DNA of 64,000 nt, from NCBI GenBank assembly GCA_019058445.1, contig JAHPZA010000002.1, forward strand, positions 128,415-192,414. Reading direction: 5' to 3'. Of the stretch, positions 10,222-20,047 are shown piece by piece. Below the pieces are notes generated by a model. The model did not search any database. It was not told the origin of the DNA and saw nothing but the letters and a program-made list of their open reading frames with translations. The first letter of the stretch is position 1. Every line of letters starts with the position of its first letter. This stretch comes from Promethearchaeota archaeon. GTDB lineage: Archaea > Asgardarchaeota > Lokiarchaeia > Sigyniarchaeales > SOKP01. A program made the translations under genes and the position numbers.

Positions 10222-11400
10222 ATGACCGATAATAAAGATATATATTCTCAATTAGGAGTCTCATCTAAAAAAGAAGATGTTCATAAAGCTATTGAAAAGT
10301 TCGATAAAGGTTTATTTCCAGGAGCATTTTGCAAAATTGTAGAAGATGTAAATGGTCGCCCTGACTTTTGCTCAATTTTCCATGCGGATGGTGCTGGTAC
10401 TAAAACAAGTTTAGCTTATATGTATTACAAAGAAACCGGAGACATCTCGTCATTTCGAGGGGTGGTAAGAGATGCTATTGTCATGAATATTGATGATATG
10501 CTTTGCGTAGGTGCTACTGGGCCTATGTTTTTATCTAATAATCTTGGCAGAAACAAGACATTTATATCCGGAGAAATTGTGGCAACGATTATCGATGAAT
10601 ACTACGAATATAGTAAAAAATTGACATCATTAGGATTAAAAACAATAATGTGCGGGGGTGAAACTGCCGATATTGGAGATTTAGTGAAGACGTTAGTAGT
10701 TGATGCATCGGCATTTACTGCAATGAAACGAGAAAATGTGATAAATGTTGAAAACATCCAGACGGATGATGTGATAATTGGGTTAGCTAGTTACGGAAAG
10801 GCTTCATATGAAGAAGAATACAATAGTGGAATCGGTAGTAACGGTTTAACATTAGCTAGGCATGGTACAATTAAGCATGAATATTTTAATAAATATCCTG
10901 AATGTTTTAATGAAAATATTGATGAAAAACTATTATTTTTTGGAAATTATAGATTAACCGATAGAATAGAAAAGCTTGGACTTACAGTTGGTAAAGCATT
11001 ATTATCTCCGACGAGAACGTATGCCCCAATTCTATTAAATGCCCTAAAAGAATATAGAACCGAAATTCATGGGATAATCCATAATACTGGAGGGGGCCAA
11101 ACTAAAAACCTTCACTATGGAAAGGGGATAAAATATCTTAAAAATAATCTCTTTACTCCTCCAAAAATCTTTGAAATAATTCAAAATTCATCTGAAACTC
11201 AATGGAGAGAGATGTTTAGTGTGTTTAATATGGGACATAGAATGGAGTTATTTTGTAATGAGTCAATTGCAAGGGAAATCATTGCAATTGCTAAGAAATA
11301 TGATATTGAGGGAAAAATTATCGGGCAATGTGAAAAATCTGCTTTTAAAGAAAAAAACATGGTTGAGATTAAATCTGAATATGGAAGTTTTATATATTAA
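10222..11400 (+). CDS. purM: Phosphoribosylformylglycinamidine cyclo-ligase (AIR synthase), long type
   Basis: HADGAGTK, MNIDD, GGETAD, GIGSNG, LSPTRTY, HNTGGG, FNMG; directly follows purB. Confidence 0.9.
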   Translation: MTDNKDIYSQLGVSSKKEDVHKAIEKFDKGLFPGAFCKIVEDVNGRPDFCSIFHADGAGTKTSLAYMYYKETGDISSFRGVVRDAIVMNIDDMLCVGATGPMFLSNNLGRNKTFISGEIVATIIDEYYEYSKKLTSLGLKTIMCGGETADIGDLVKTLVVDASAFTAMKRENVINVENIQTDDVIIGLASYGKASYEEEYNSGIGSNGLTLARHGTIKHEYFNKYPECFNENIDEKLLFFGNYRLTDRIEKLGLTVGKALLSPTRTYAPILLNALKEYRTEIHGIIHNTGGGQTKNLHYGKGIKYLKNNLFTPPKIFEIIQNSSETQWREMFSVFNMGHRMELFCNESIAREIIAIAKKYDIEGKIIGQCEKSAFKEKNMVEIKSEYGSFIY

Positions 11401-11414
11401 TTAGGTGATGCTTT

Positions 11415-12365
11415 ATGGGAAAGAAATTTGATGTAATTTGTTCAGGAGCAGCTTTGGTTGATATGGTTGCCAAGGTAGAGAGACATCCGTTGGATGATGA
11501 TGAAGTATTCGTTTCAGATTTAACACTGTTATCAGGTGGTGCCGCGGCAAATACTGCTTATGCTTGTGGAAAATTGGGGTTAACTTCTGCTTTCTTGGGG
11601 AAATTAGGAGAAAATGATGTATTTGGGAGTAAAATAATTGAAGATTTCAACGAAGTGAACGTGAGTACTACATTATTGAAGTATTCGAAACAATATGGCA
11701 CGGGTTCGGCTTATGTGGCGCTCAATAAAGAAGGAGATCGGAGGATATATGCCCATAGTGGAGCTGCGAATTACCTTTCAAAAGAAGATATCATAGAACA
11801 AGAAATTTTAGCTACAAAGGTAATATTTTTAAGTAGTCTAAAGAATCTGGAACCTTTTATTGAAGCTGCTAAAATAGGTAAAAAAAATGATATTCCTGTT
11901 ATCTTGAATCCAGGCATGTTAATTATTGATCAAGGGTTTAATTCCATAACAGAATTACTTCAAAAAATTGATATTTTTATCCTATCTCAAAGAGAATTTT
12001 CTACGCTTTTACATATTCAAGAAAACCTAGAAGATCAAATTATAATAGAAAAAGCGAACATTCTCTTAGAGCTTGGAATAAAAGTACTTATAGTGACTAT
12101 GGGAGAAAGAGGTGCGTTCTTATTAACTGGACAAGAGTCAGAATTAATTCCTTCAGTTAAGGTTAAGCAAGTAATTGATACAACTGGAGCAGGCGATGCG
12201 TTTTCTGCAGGATTTATTTACGGATTTGTAAATAACTTAAGTTATGCATTTGCAGATTTAAAGCAAAATGTAACCATCGGGAATTTTGTGGCTGGTGAAT
12301 GCATACAAAAATTAGGTGCCAGAAATGGTATTCCTACTTCTAAGAAAGTAAAACTAATTCTATAG
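11415..12365 (+). CDS. PfkB/ribokinase-family carbohydrate or nucleoside kinase
   Basis: GGAAANTA and DTTGAGDAFSAG signatures. Confidence 0.9.
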   Translation: MGKKFDVICSGAALVDMVAKVERHPLDDDEVFVSDLTLLSGGAAANTAYACGKLGLTSAFLGKLGENDVFGSKIIEDFNEVNVSTTLLKYSKQYGTGSAYVALNKEGDRRIYAHSGAANYLSKEDIIEQEILATKVIFLSSLKNLEPFIEAAKIGKKNDIPVILNPGMLIIDQGFNSITELLQKIDIFILSQREFSTLLHIQENLEDQIIIEKANILLELGIKVLIVTMGERGAFLLTGQESELIPSVKVKQVIDTTGAGDAFSAGFIYGFVNNLSYAFADLKQNVTIGNFVAGECIQKLGARNGIPTSKKVKLIL

Positions 12366-12457
12366 TTTAATCAAAACAAAAAAGTTTATAATTTTTCAAT
12401 AAAATTATTTGTTAATTAAATTTTCTACAATTTCAAAACTTCTACGGATGACTCAGA

Positions 12458-13516
12458 TTGACTGAGATAAAAAATCAAATAATAGCTGAAAGAGGCAGAT
12501 TTCTTTTAGAAGTGTTTCTTATCTTTTTTGGAATTATGCTGTTCTCTCTTATTCCATGGTTTGTGCTGCCACTGTTTATGAATACTGAATCCATTTTTTA
12601 TGGTCCACTATATTATTTATTGCGAGCATTGGCAATAATTATAAGTGTTCCTTTGTTCTTATTTTTCTCCAATAAAATCCTTGAAACACCTAAACGGACT
12701 CAAATTATAAGGGAAGATATTAATCCTGCGTTAGAGTATTTAAAATTATATTCATTTCCAGAGAATAGTTTTAAAGACCAATTGTTATATGGCATTTTAC
12801 TTTTATTTATAATCTTTATTCCTTTAGATTTTCTCGTATATTTTTTGATACCCGATATGTTAAAATACACGGGCGAAGTATTATCTTCCCAAGCAACGGA
12901 TTCTTACTTCTTACAGAGCTATTTTGTGTTCCTTTTTTCAGTAATCATAATACAGATATGTGTTTCTATCTATGAGGAATCGGTATCGAGAGGATTTTTA
13001 ACGATGAGAGGCAAGGAATACGTCCATAAAATATCGGCAGTTATTATTGCTTCTTTATACTTCGGTTTGATGCATTTTGCTTATTTTCTTACTCCCACAA
13101 GTAAGAACTATCCGTTCTGGTTTCCATTTATTTGGTTTTTGCAAACATTTTTAGTCGCTATTATTCTATCAATATTAGTATTAAAGAAAAAGAGTTTATT
13201 TCCTGTCATTTTTGCCCATGCGCTAAATAATATTATATCGGCTCATGCGGTGTGGAATTATCTTCAAGGTAATGATTTCAGCTTAATGGTATATTATATA
13301 TACATTCCATTAATGATTATTGGGGTGATCCTATTTATTTGGCAGTTTTCGACCATAAAAACAGGAGTTTCAGTTATATATGCTGATATCAAAGAGTACT
13401 TTAAGCCTGATGAGAAATTCGGAGAGGTAAAAGGAGATGTATACTTTAGAATATTAATTGATTTACTTATTGGAATTGTAATTCTGGCACTTGGTTTATT
13501 TATTTTTGGAGTTTAA
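12458..13516 (+). CDS. CPBP (CAAX/Abi-like) intramembrane metalloprotease
   Basis: EESVSRG, FGLMH and HALNN motifs in a multi-TM protein. Confidence 0.85.
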   Translation: MTEIKNQIIAERGRFLLEVFLIFFGIMLFSLIPWFVLPLFMNTESIFYGPLYYLLRALAIIISVPLFLFFSNKILETPKRTQIIREDINPALEYLKLYSFPENSFKDQLLYGILLLFIIFIPLDFLVYFLIPDMLKYTGEVLSSQATDSYFLQSYFVFLFSVIIIQICVSIYEESVSRGFLTMRGKEYVHKISAVIIASLYFGLMHFAYFLTPTSKNYPFWFPFIWFLQTFLVAIILSILVLKKKSLFPVIFAHALNNIISAHAVWNYLQGNDFSLMVYYIYIPLMIIGVILFIWQFSTIKTGVSVIYADIKEYFKPDEKFGEVKGDVYFRILIDLLIGIVILALGLFIFGV

Positions 13517-13531
13517 AGAAGGTTTTGTAAA

Positions 13532-14053
13532 ATGGTCAAATTTGGGATATTATCCGATACACATATAACCTCTGAAGTTGATCCGAAAAAAGCAAACGAT
13601 TTATTGGAACAATTAAAAGATGTGTTTAGGGATGTAGATGAGATTATTCATGCAGGAGATGTCTGTGAAGAGTTTTTTCTGGACAAGCTTAAAAATATAG
13701 CTCCTACTAAAGCTGTAAAGGGGAAGTTAGATAAAATAAAAGATTCCAAAGAATTTATCACGTTTAATGCTGGTATATACAATGTTGGTGTTATCCATAA
13801 ACCACCTGAAAATTTGGAAGCTTTTTTTAAAGAGAATGATTTACATATATTAATCTACGGTCACACCCACATCCCTCTAATAAAAGGAACACAATATAAT
13901 ACTTTAATTTTGAATCCCGGATCTACCACTTACCCCAAACCCCCTCCTAAAAAACCTATGTTTAAAGAACCTGTTGCCCGACCCAGTGTAATGACATTGG
14001 AAATCGATGAAAATGACTTGCTAAAAACGTTTATAATAAATTTGAAGATTTAA
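13532..14053 (+). CDS. YfcE/Vps29-type metallophosphoesterase
   Basis: SDTH, HAGD, GHTHIP, NPGS. Confidence 0.9.
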   Translation: MVKFGILSDTHITSEVDPKKANDLLEQLKDVFRDVDEIIHAGDVCEEFFLDKLKNIAPTKAVKGKLDKIKDSKEFITFNAGIYNVGVIHKPPENLEAFFKENDLHILIYGHTHIPLIKGTQYNTLILNPGSTTYPKPPPKKPMFKEPVARPSVMTLEIDENDLLKTFIINLKI

Positions 14054-14186
14054 TTATTATAACTAATTTACATTAATGTTAAATATTTCTTTTTCCTTCA
14101 ATATAAATGGGATGAATTAATTTTTATTTTTTTTTTGAAAATCGCTATTATGTGGTATAAGCAATCATAGAAATGGTGTTTTATCA

Positions 14187-16805
14187 ATCAAAAATGATAA
14201 ATCAGAGAGAACTAAAGCATTAAATGAAATAGCAGAAAAATATTCTGCTATTGTAAAAGCCTTTGATGGTTTAATATATATATGTTCACAAGATTATAAA
14301 GTTGAATTTATGAATGAAAGATTTATCGAAAGAACTGGTTATGACGGAGTAGGAGATCTTTGTTATAAGGCATTACATAATTTTGACTCTATTTGTCCTT
14401 GGTGTGTTAATGATCGTGTGTTTTCAGGAGAGACGGTAAAATGGGAAGTAAAAAGTCCTAAAGATAATCGTTGGTATTATGTAGTTAACACTCCGATATC
14501 TCATCTTGATGGAACTATTTCTAAGATGGCAATGATATTGGATATCACTGAACAAAAAGAAGCTCAACAAAAATTAAAAGAGTCTGAGGAAAAATTTGCT
14601 AAAGCCTTTAACAGTAATGCATTATCAATGTCAATAAGTTCAATTGAAGAAGGACGGTTCGTCGAAGTTAATGATGTTTTTTTAGATGACCTCGGATTTA
14701 AAAGGGAAGAAGTCATCGGCAAGACATCAGAAGAACTAAATATATGGGTTGAGAGAAGTCAACGAGATTTATTGATACAAACCCTTAAAGAAGAGGGAAA
14801 GGTAACCAATATGCAGTGCAAATATAGAACCAAAGAAAACAAAATTAAGTATGGACTTTTTTCTGTAAATATAATAATTCTTAATGAAAAACCGTATCTT
14901 TTAAATATAGTGAATGACATAACAAGACGAGTTCACTATGAACAAAAATTAAAAGAATCTGAGGAACAATATCGAACAACCATAAATTCTCTAGCTGATC
15001 CATTGCTCGTTATAAACAGAGATTTTAAAATTGTTCTCTTAAATTCCGCATTTAAACAATGGCTTGATGATTTAAGTGTTAAAAAGGATATATTGGGTCT
15101 AACGGTCTTCGAGGCATTTCCCTTTTTACCTGATGAAGTTCGCGAGGAATATGAGCGAGTATTCAATAATAGAGAGATTACTTTTACTGAGGGAAGCACA
15201 CTTTTAGATAATAAAGAAGTCATTACAGAGTCGAGAAAAATTCCGATATTTAAGGAAGGAAATGTTAGTCAGGTTATAACTATTGTGAGAGATATAACTA
15301 AAAGGAAGAACACAGAAAAAAAATTAAAGGAATCCGAAGAAAAATACCGTGCATTGATAGAAAATGTTAATGATGTAATCTTCACTCTTGATATTGAGGG
15401 TAATTTTACATATACTAGTCCAGTCATAGAACAGTTTAGTGGATATAAAGTCGACGAGATTATTGGAAAAGCATTTTCTTGTTTCATATTTCCTGAGGAC
15501 TTACCCCACTTGTTAGCCAGCTTTGAACGCACTCTGGCGGGTCGGAAAGAACCATTGGAATTTCGGATTATAGTTAAGGATGGTTCAATACGCCACGTAC
15601 TCACCTCAAGCAGTTTGATTATAAAACAAGGTCAGCCTGAGGGATTGATTGGCGTGATGACCGATGTCACTAATAGAAAGAAAGCAGAGATAAGACTAAA
15701 AGAATCTGAGGAAAATTATAGATTAATTACGGAAAATGCTAATGATTTAATTAGTATCGTTAATCCAAATTTCAAAGTCGAATTTATCAACGAACAAACT
15801 TACTTTAATATTTTAGGTTATTCCAAAGAGGATATTATTGGAAAAACGGGATTTAATTTTGTACATCCTGATGATTTGGAGCGAGGTATTAATGCATATA
15901 AAGAGGGACTTGTAAAAAGTGAGGGAATCGTCGAACTGCGACTTAGACATAAACAAGGACATTATCAATGGTTTGAATTTAAAGGAAAAAAATATTTGGA
16001 TCCTAAAGGAAATATAAAGGGATTATTAATAGGCAGAGAGATCTCTAAACGTAAAGAAGCAGAACAATTAATTTTAGAAGAAAATAGGAAATTATTAGAA
16101 TTGGAGAATATGAGAGAAAACATTATCAATAGAATTTCTCATGAATTAAAAACACCTCTAACCCTAGTAATTTCTGGTTCCGAACTTCTTACAACAGTAT
16201 ATAGGAATCAATTAAAAAAAGAGGCTCAGGAAATAACAGAAATGATTAATAGAGGGGGTTCAAGATTAAAATTATTAATTGAGAATTTATTGGATACATC
16301 TAAAATTGATAATCATAAATTTGAATTAACCAGAAAAAGAGAAAATCTTATTGATTTGATTTCAGAAAGCATAAAAGATTTATCTTTTTTTGCTCAAAAT
16401 AGACAACTTAATATCAACTTAAACCTCCCCAATACAATATTTTTTAATATTGATAAGTTTCGAATGCAGCAAGCTATTACAAATATTTTATCAAATGCGA
16501 TTAAAAACACACCAAAGGGGGGAGACATATATATAACTGCAGAAGAAAATTTGGAATATATTAAAATTAAAATAAAAGATACTGGTGTTGGTTTAACTAA
16601 TGAAGAAAAAATAAGACTATTTGAAAAATTTGGCAAAATAGAAAGATACGGCTCGGGATTGGATGTAGATATTGAGGGATCGGGACTTGGTTTATATATT
16701 TCAAAACATATCGTAACTGCTCATAATGGTGAGATCCTTGTTGAATCTGAAGGAAGAAATAAAGGAAGTCTTTTTATTATAAGATTGAGAAAAAAAGAAG
16801 AGTAA
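14187..16805 (+). CDS. Soluble multi-PAS sensor histidine kinase (true start uncertain, upstream of ATG 14310)
   Basis: About 5 PAS repeats joined by LKESEE linkers; HisKA SHELKTPL; HATPase NILSNAIK, DTGVG, GSGLGL. The frame stays open from 14139 and encodes the start of the first PAS domain (EKYSAIVKAFDGLIYICSQDYKVEF) before ATG 14310. Confidence 0.9.
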   Translation: MKNDKSERTKALNEIAEKYSAIVKAFDGLIYICSQDYKVEFMNERFIERTGYDGVGDLCYKALHNFDSICPWCVNDRVFSGETVKWEVKSPKDNRWYYVVNTPISHLDGTISKMAMILDITEQKEAQQKLKESEEKFAKAFNSNALSMSISSIEEGRFVEVNDVFLDDLGFKREEVIGKTSEELNIWVERSQRDLLIQTLKEEGKVTNMQCKYRTKENKIKYGLFSVNIIILNEKPYLLNIVNDITRRVHYEQKLKESEEQYRTTINSLADPLLVINRDFKIVLLNSAFKQWLDDLSVKKDILGLTVFEAFPFLPDEVREEYERVFNNREITFTEGSTLLDNKEVITESRKIPIFKEGNVSQVITIVRDITKRKNTEKKLKESEEKYRALIENVNDVIFTLDIEGNFTYTSPVIEQFSGYKVDEIIGKAFSCFIFPEDLPHLLASFERTLAGRKEPLEFRIIVKDGSIRHVLTSSSLIIKQGQPEGLIGVMTDVTNRKKAEIRLKESEENYRLITENANDLISIVNPNFKVEFINEQTYFNILGYSKEDIIGKTGFNFVHPDDLERGINAYKEGLVKSEGIVELRLRHKQGHYQWFEFKGKKYLDPKGNIKGLLIGREISKRKEAEQLILEENRKLLELENMRENIINRISHELKTPLTLVISGSELLTTVYRNQLKKEAQEITEMINRGGSRLKLLIENLLDTSKIDNHKFELTRKRENLIDLISESIKDLSFFAQNRQLNINLNLPNTIFFNIDKFRMQQAITNILSNAIKNTPKGGDIYITAEENLEYIKIKIKDTGVGLTNEEKIRLFEKFGKIERYGSGLDVDIEGSGLGLYISKHIVTAHNGEILVESEGRNKGSLFIIRLRKKEE

Positions 16806-16964
16806 TATGATTTAAAAATATTTTGAAATGAATGTCCCAAACTCCAACCTAAGAAAACCATATTTAGAGAATCTATCATCATAATAAAATATATAATATT
16901 AGATCTCGATGAATATAATATTTTAAAAATTTTTATTATAAATTTGAAAACGTTAATGATACTT

Positions 16965-17306
16965 CTAAGAGTCTATTAATAAAGCATTTAAAAATTCATC
17001 GATTTTAATTTTAAGAGTCTCCATTTTACAATTATTTTCTATGTATAATAGCAATAAAGTCTCTTGTTCGAGATAACCTATTAATGTTAGTGAGGAATCT
17101 TTATAAATAAAATGAGTTAATGAAAGATCCATTATTTTTTGAGACATTATTTGGGAAAAATCGATAAGTAATTTTTTGAAATCACTTGAGTTGCTGGGAT
17201 ATTGATAAAATTTTAGACTTGATGAAAATTTTACAATTCCTACAGAAATTATATTTGGAATTTGCTTGAATCCATCAATAAATTTCTTATAATCCATAAA
17301 ACTCAC
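16965..17306 (-). CDS. Small roadblock/longin-like (profilin-fold) protein
   Basis: 113 aa with a helix-beta2-helix-beta3-helix pattern; overlaps the stop of the upstream longin-like gene. Confidence 0.45.
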   Translation of the reverse strand: MSFMDYKKFIDGFKQIPNIISVGIVKFSSSLKFYQYPSNSSDFKKLLIDFSQIMSQKIMDLSLTHFIYKDSSLTLIGYLEQETLLLLYIENNCKMETLKIKIDEFLNALLIDS

Positions 17307-18063
17307 TTATTTCTTGAAATTTCTTGTTGAATTTTTCAATATCAGAGATAGGATCTAATTTTCCAGGTAAAAATATCAATATGTCAAGATTTACAGCAAT
17401 ATGGTAAACGTAAATCGAAAATCTATCGTAATCCGTAAATGCAAGTTGTATATCATCCGGATCTAAAAAATTAGAGGTTAAATCTGCTAATTTTTTTTGT
17501 TTTTGGACAAATGAATCAATAATTTTACTTTTTAAAAATGTAACTAATTCAAAATCATTAGATTCTCGAAAATATTCGCTGTCTTTCTTATAATTATAAT
17601 ATATTCTGTATCCATAAATTTCTGGAAAGATATTCATCATTTTCATTAATGAGTTATTTATATAAGAAATAGTTTCTTCATCGCTTAATATAAATATCTT
17701 TTTAGCTACTTCAATTAAATCATCAAATATATGTATTTCACCCTCCCATACGTTCCAATCCACATGGTCATTAAATAATTTTGCGACACGTTTAATTTTT
17801 GGTAAATTTAATTCTGTATTATCATTTTTATCACATATTAAGGCTACTAATATAAAACCATGTTTATAAGTCAGAATTTTTTTTTCATGAGTAATAAAAC
17901 TATGAATTTGTCCCATACTTAATTCATGGAGGAGAGATTCAATCGCTTTTACAACTCCACTCATTAACAATCCTTTACCTTTATCTATACCAGTTTCAGA
18001 TAATTTAATACTAGCAAGGTTACTTCCCGATTCAGAATGTAAAATTATTAAATTATATTTCAA
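17287..18063 (-). CDS. Longin-like domain protein with a second roadblock-like domain
   Basis: N-terminus LIILHSESGSNL...LLMSGVVKAIESLLHEL...ALICD...WEGEIHIF matches the Asgard longin-like pattern; the C-terminal ~130 aa shows a similar alpha/beta pattern. Confidence 0.6.
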   Translation of the reverse strand: MKYNLIILHSESGSNLASIKLSETGIDKGKGLLMSGVVKAIESLLHELSMGQIHSFITHEKKILTYKHGFILVALICDKNDNTELNLPKIKRVAKLFNDHVDWNVWEGEIHIFDDLIEVAKKIFILSDEETISYINNSLMKMMNIFPEIYGYRIYYNYKKDSEYFRESNDFELVTFLKSKIIDSFVQKQKKLADLTSNFLDPDDIQLAFTDYDRFSIYVYHIAVNLDILIFLPGKLDPISDIEKFNKKFQEISEFYGL

Positions 18064-18171
18064 ACTCGTATTAATTCCTTTTGTCTGTATTATCTAAAAT
18101 CTTTTTCAATATTTGTATAAATAATTATTTGATTATTAATAACACTTATGTGAGGTATTAGAGAAAAGCTA

Positions 18172-19218
18172 TTAGAAATAAGCATACTTTAAAGCTAAAG
18201 ATATAAATTCTCCAATTTTTTCAATAGATACATTATGTGGGATCATATGTTGAGTTGCCAATACATAACGACCATTTGGTTTACCTATTTTTATAGTTTC
18301 TCTTATAATATGTTCCATGAAATCTAATGTCCAATCTCCTAATTCTAAATTATTAACATTTCCGAATAAAGTATATTTCCCCTCTGATTTCTTTTTTAAT
18401 TCTTCAAGATCATCGTTTGCTGATGGGAACGTGCCAATAACTCCTGTTTTATTAAATAGATCTGCAAATGGAAGAATATTCCCTCCAGCAGTATAAAACA
18501 CAATTGGGACTTTAAGGTCTCGAGTAATTCTTTGATAGAGGGGAATTACTAGTTCTTCAAACATTTCTCTAGGGATACTTGTAGCTGTTGCAAGCCCATC
18601 GACTAATACTAATATATCTGCTCCGGCTTCTATATGTTCTTTTGCCCATTGTTCTCCAAATTTTAAAGAAAAATCTAAAACGCTTTGAATTTTATCAGGA
18701 TTAATCAGAATAGATTCAAACCAGGCAGATGCCCCCATTAATAGAGATGGAAACGAAAATGGACCAGTTTGCACCGATAATATTGGTTTTTTTCCTTTAT
18801 AAAGCTCTGTTAATCCTTTAGTAGTAGTTATAGTCTTTTGGTATGCTGGATGTTCATTTAACGTAGGGATCTCATTATTAGTAAAAAAATCTATTGTTTT
18901 CGCGATTGGTTCACCTGTGTTTGGAGAACCGCCCTCAAAAAATAATGTATTCATTCCAAATATTTCAGACTCAATTGCAAGATAATAAAAATTAGAGACA
19001 TAATCAAGATTTAGTAACTCCTGTAGCTTACTTTGTCCCTCTATCACGCTTTTTGCTGAAGAGTAATATTTTTTAATTGAGAGGTTTAATAACTTTGAAC
19101 AAAGAGAATCAATCATAGGGAATATTGGAATTCTATCAGTAGGTTTCCCTAATACCGTGGCCATAATTCGATCAATAGCATTCGATTTATCTTTCTCATA
19201 ACCTTTAACTAAAGACAA
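18172..19218 (-). CDS. Uroporphyrinogen decarboxylase / MtaA-CmuA-like family protein (HxC zinc motif absent)
   Basis: DRIPIFP, GPFS, EAGAD, LFGNV, GRYVLAT; adjacent to a corrinoid protein. Confidence 0.8.
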   Translation of the reverse strand: MSLVKGYEKDKSNAIDRIMATVLGKPTDRIPIFPMIDSLCSKLLNLSIKKYYSSAKSVIEGQSKLQELLNLDYVSNFYYLAIESEIFGMNTLFFEGGSPNTGEPIAKTIDFFTNNEIPTLNEHPAYQKTITTTKGLTELYKGKKPILSVQTGPFSFPSLLMGASAWFESILINPDKIQSVLDFSLKFGEQWAKEHIEAGADILVLVDGLATATSIPREMFEELVIPLYQRITRDLKVPIVFYTAGGNILPFADLFNKTGVIGTFPSANDDLEELKKKSEGKYTLFGNVNNLELGDWTLDFMEHIIRETIKIGKPNGRYVLATQHMIPHNVSIEKIGEFISLALKYAYF

Positions 19219-19220
19219 TT

Positions 19221-19931
19221 TTACATCCCCCTTTTAAAATATCTTCTTAGTATTTTAAATCTCTTTTTTCTTTTTGAAACTCGCCCTATAATTTTATCCA
19301 TCAAAAGATAGACATCTTCTGCAGAACCATCTGCTCCAACTTTCTCAATTAAACCATAATTATAGTTAAATGGAGCACCTCCTACAAAAAATTTAACTTT
19401 ATCTCTGAGGTTTCGTTGAAACAATATATCTCCAACTCTTTTTACTCCAATTATATTATGTAACATCATTGTACTTACAAAAATATATTTTGCATCATGT
19501 TCTTGAGCAGCATCAACAAATTTCGCAGGTTCCACATCTAATCCTAGATCTATTACTTCGAAATTTTCCATTTCAAGAAATAATTTTAAAATTTTCTTTC
19601 CTAGTCCATGAAAATCGTTTTTAATAGTACCAAGAACAATTTTATCTTTAATATTTTCAGTTTGGTTATCTTTAATTAACCAAGGTTTAATTTTCTCTAG
19701 ACTATCTTCGGCAATCTTCCCAACAGCTAATAGTTGAAATGCTGAAATGTTAATATACCCCTCATCAAAATAACTCTGAAACTTTTTTAGAATATCTAAA
19801 ATGCCCTTGGTTATCAATTGATCAGGAGGAAGTCTTTCAGCTAATGCATTATCAACAAGAGATAATGCCTCTTTATATTTTCGCTCATATGTATAGCTAT
19901 AGAATTTATCTTTAAATTCTGTAATGTTCAT
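19221..19931 (-). CDS. Corrinoid (B12-binding) protein, MtaC-like
   Basis: DFHGLGK (DxHxxG), IDLGLDV, STMM, VGGAP; N-terminal cap domain. Confidence 0.9.
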   Translation of the reverse strand: MNITEFKDKFYSYTYERKYKEALSLVDNALAERLPPDQLITKGILDILKKFQSYFDEGYINISAFQLLAVGKIAEDSLEKIKPWLIKDNQTENIKDKIVLGTIKNDFHGLGKKILKLFLEMENFEVIDLGLDVEPAKFVDAAQEHDAKYIFVSTMMLHNIIGVKRVGDILFQRNLRDKVKFFVGGAPFNYNYGLIEKVGADGSAEDVYLLMDKIIGRVSKRKKRFKILRRYFKRGM

Positions 19932-20047
19932 CTAATATAACTTCGGTTAAAATAACTTCCGTGATTGCTTATATAGAATATTAAGTCTAATTTTATTAAA
20001 TTCTTTACTTTATAAAATATAAAATTTTTATTAGCATGAAAAAATAA

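Noticed and set aside
14560-16090. Recurring AAATTAAAAGA(A/G)TCTGAGGAA-like DNA repeats as a CRISPR or repeat array
   Set aside because: They encode the LKESEE linkers between PAS domains, about 360-390 bp apart and in frame.
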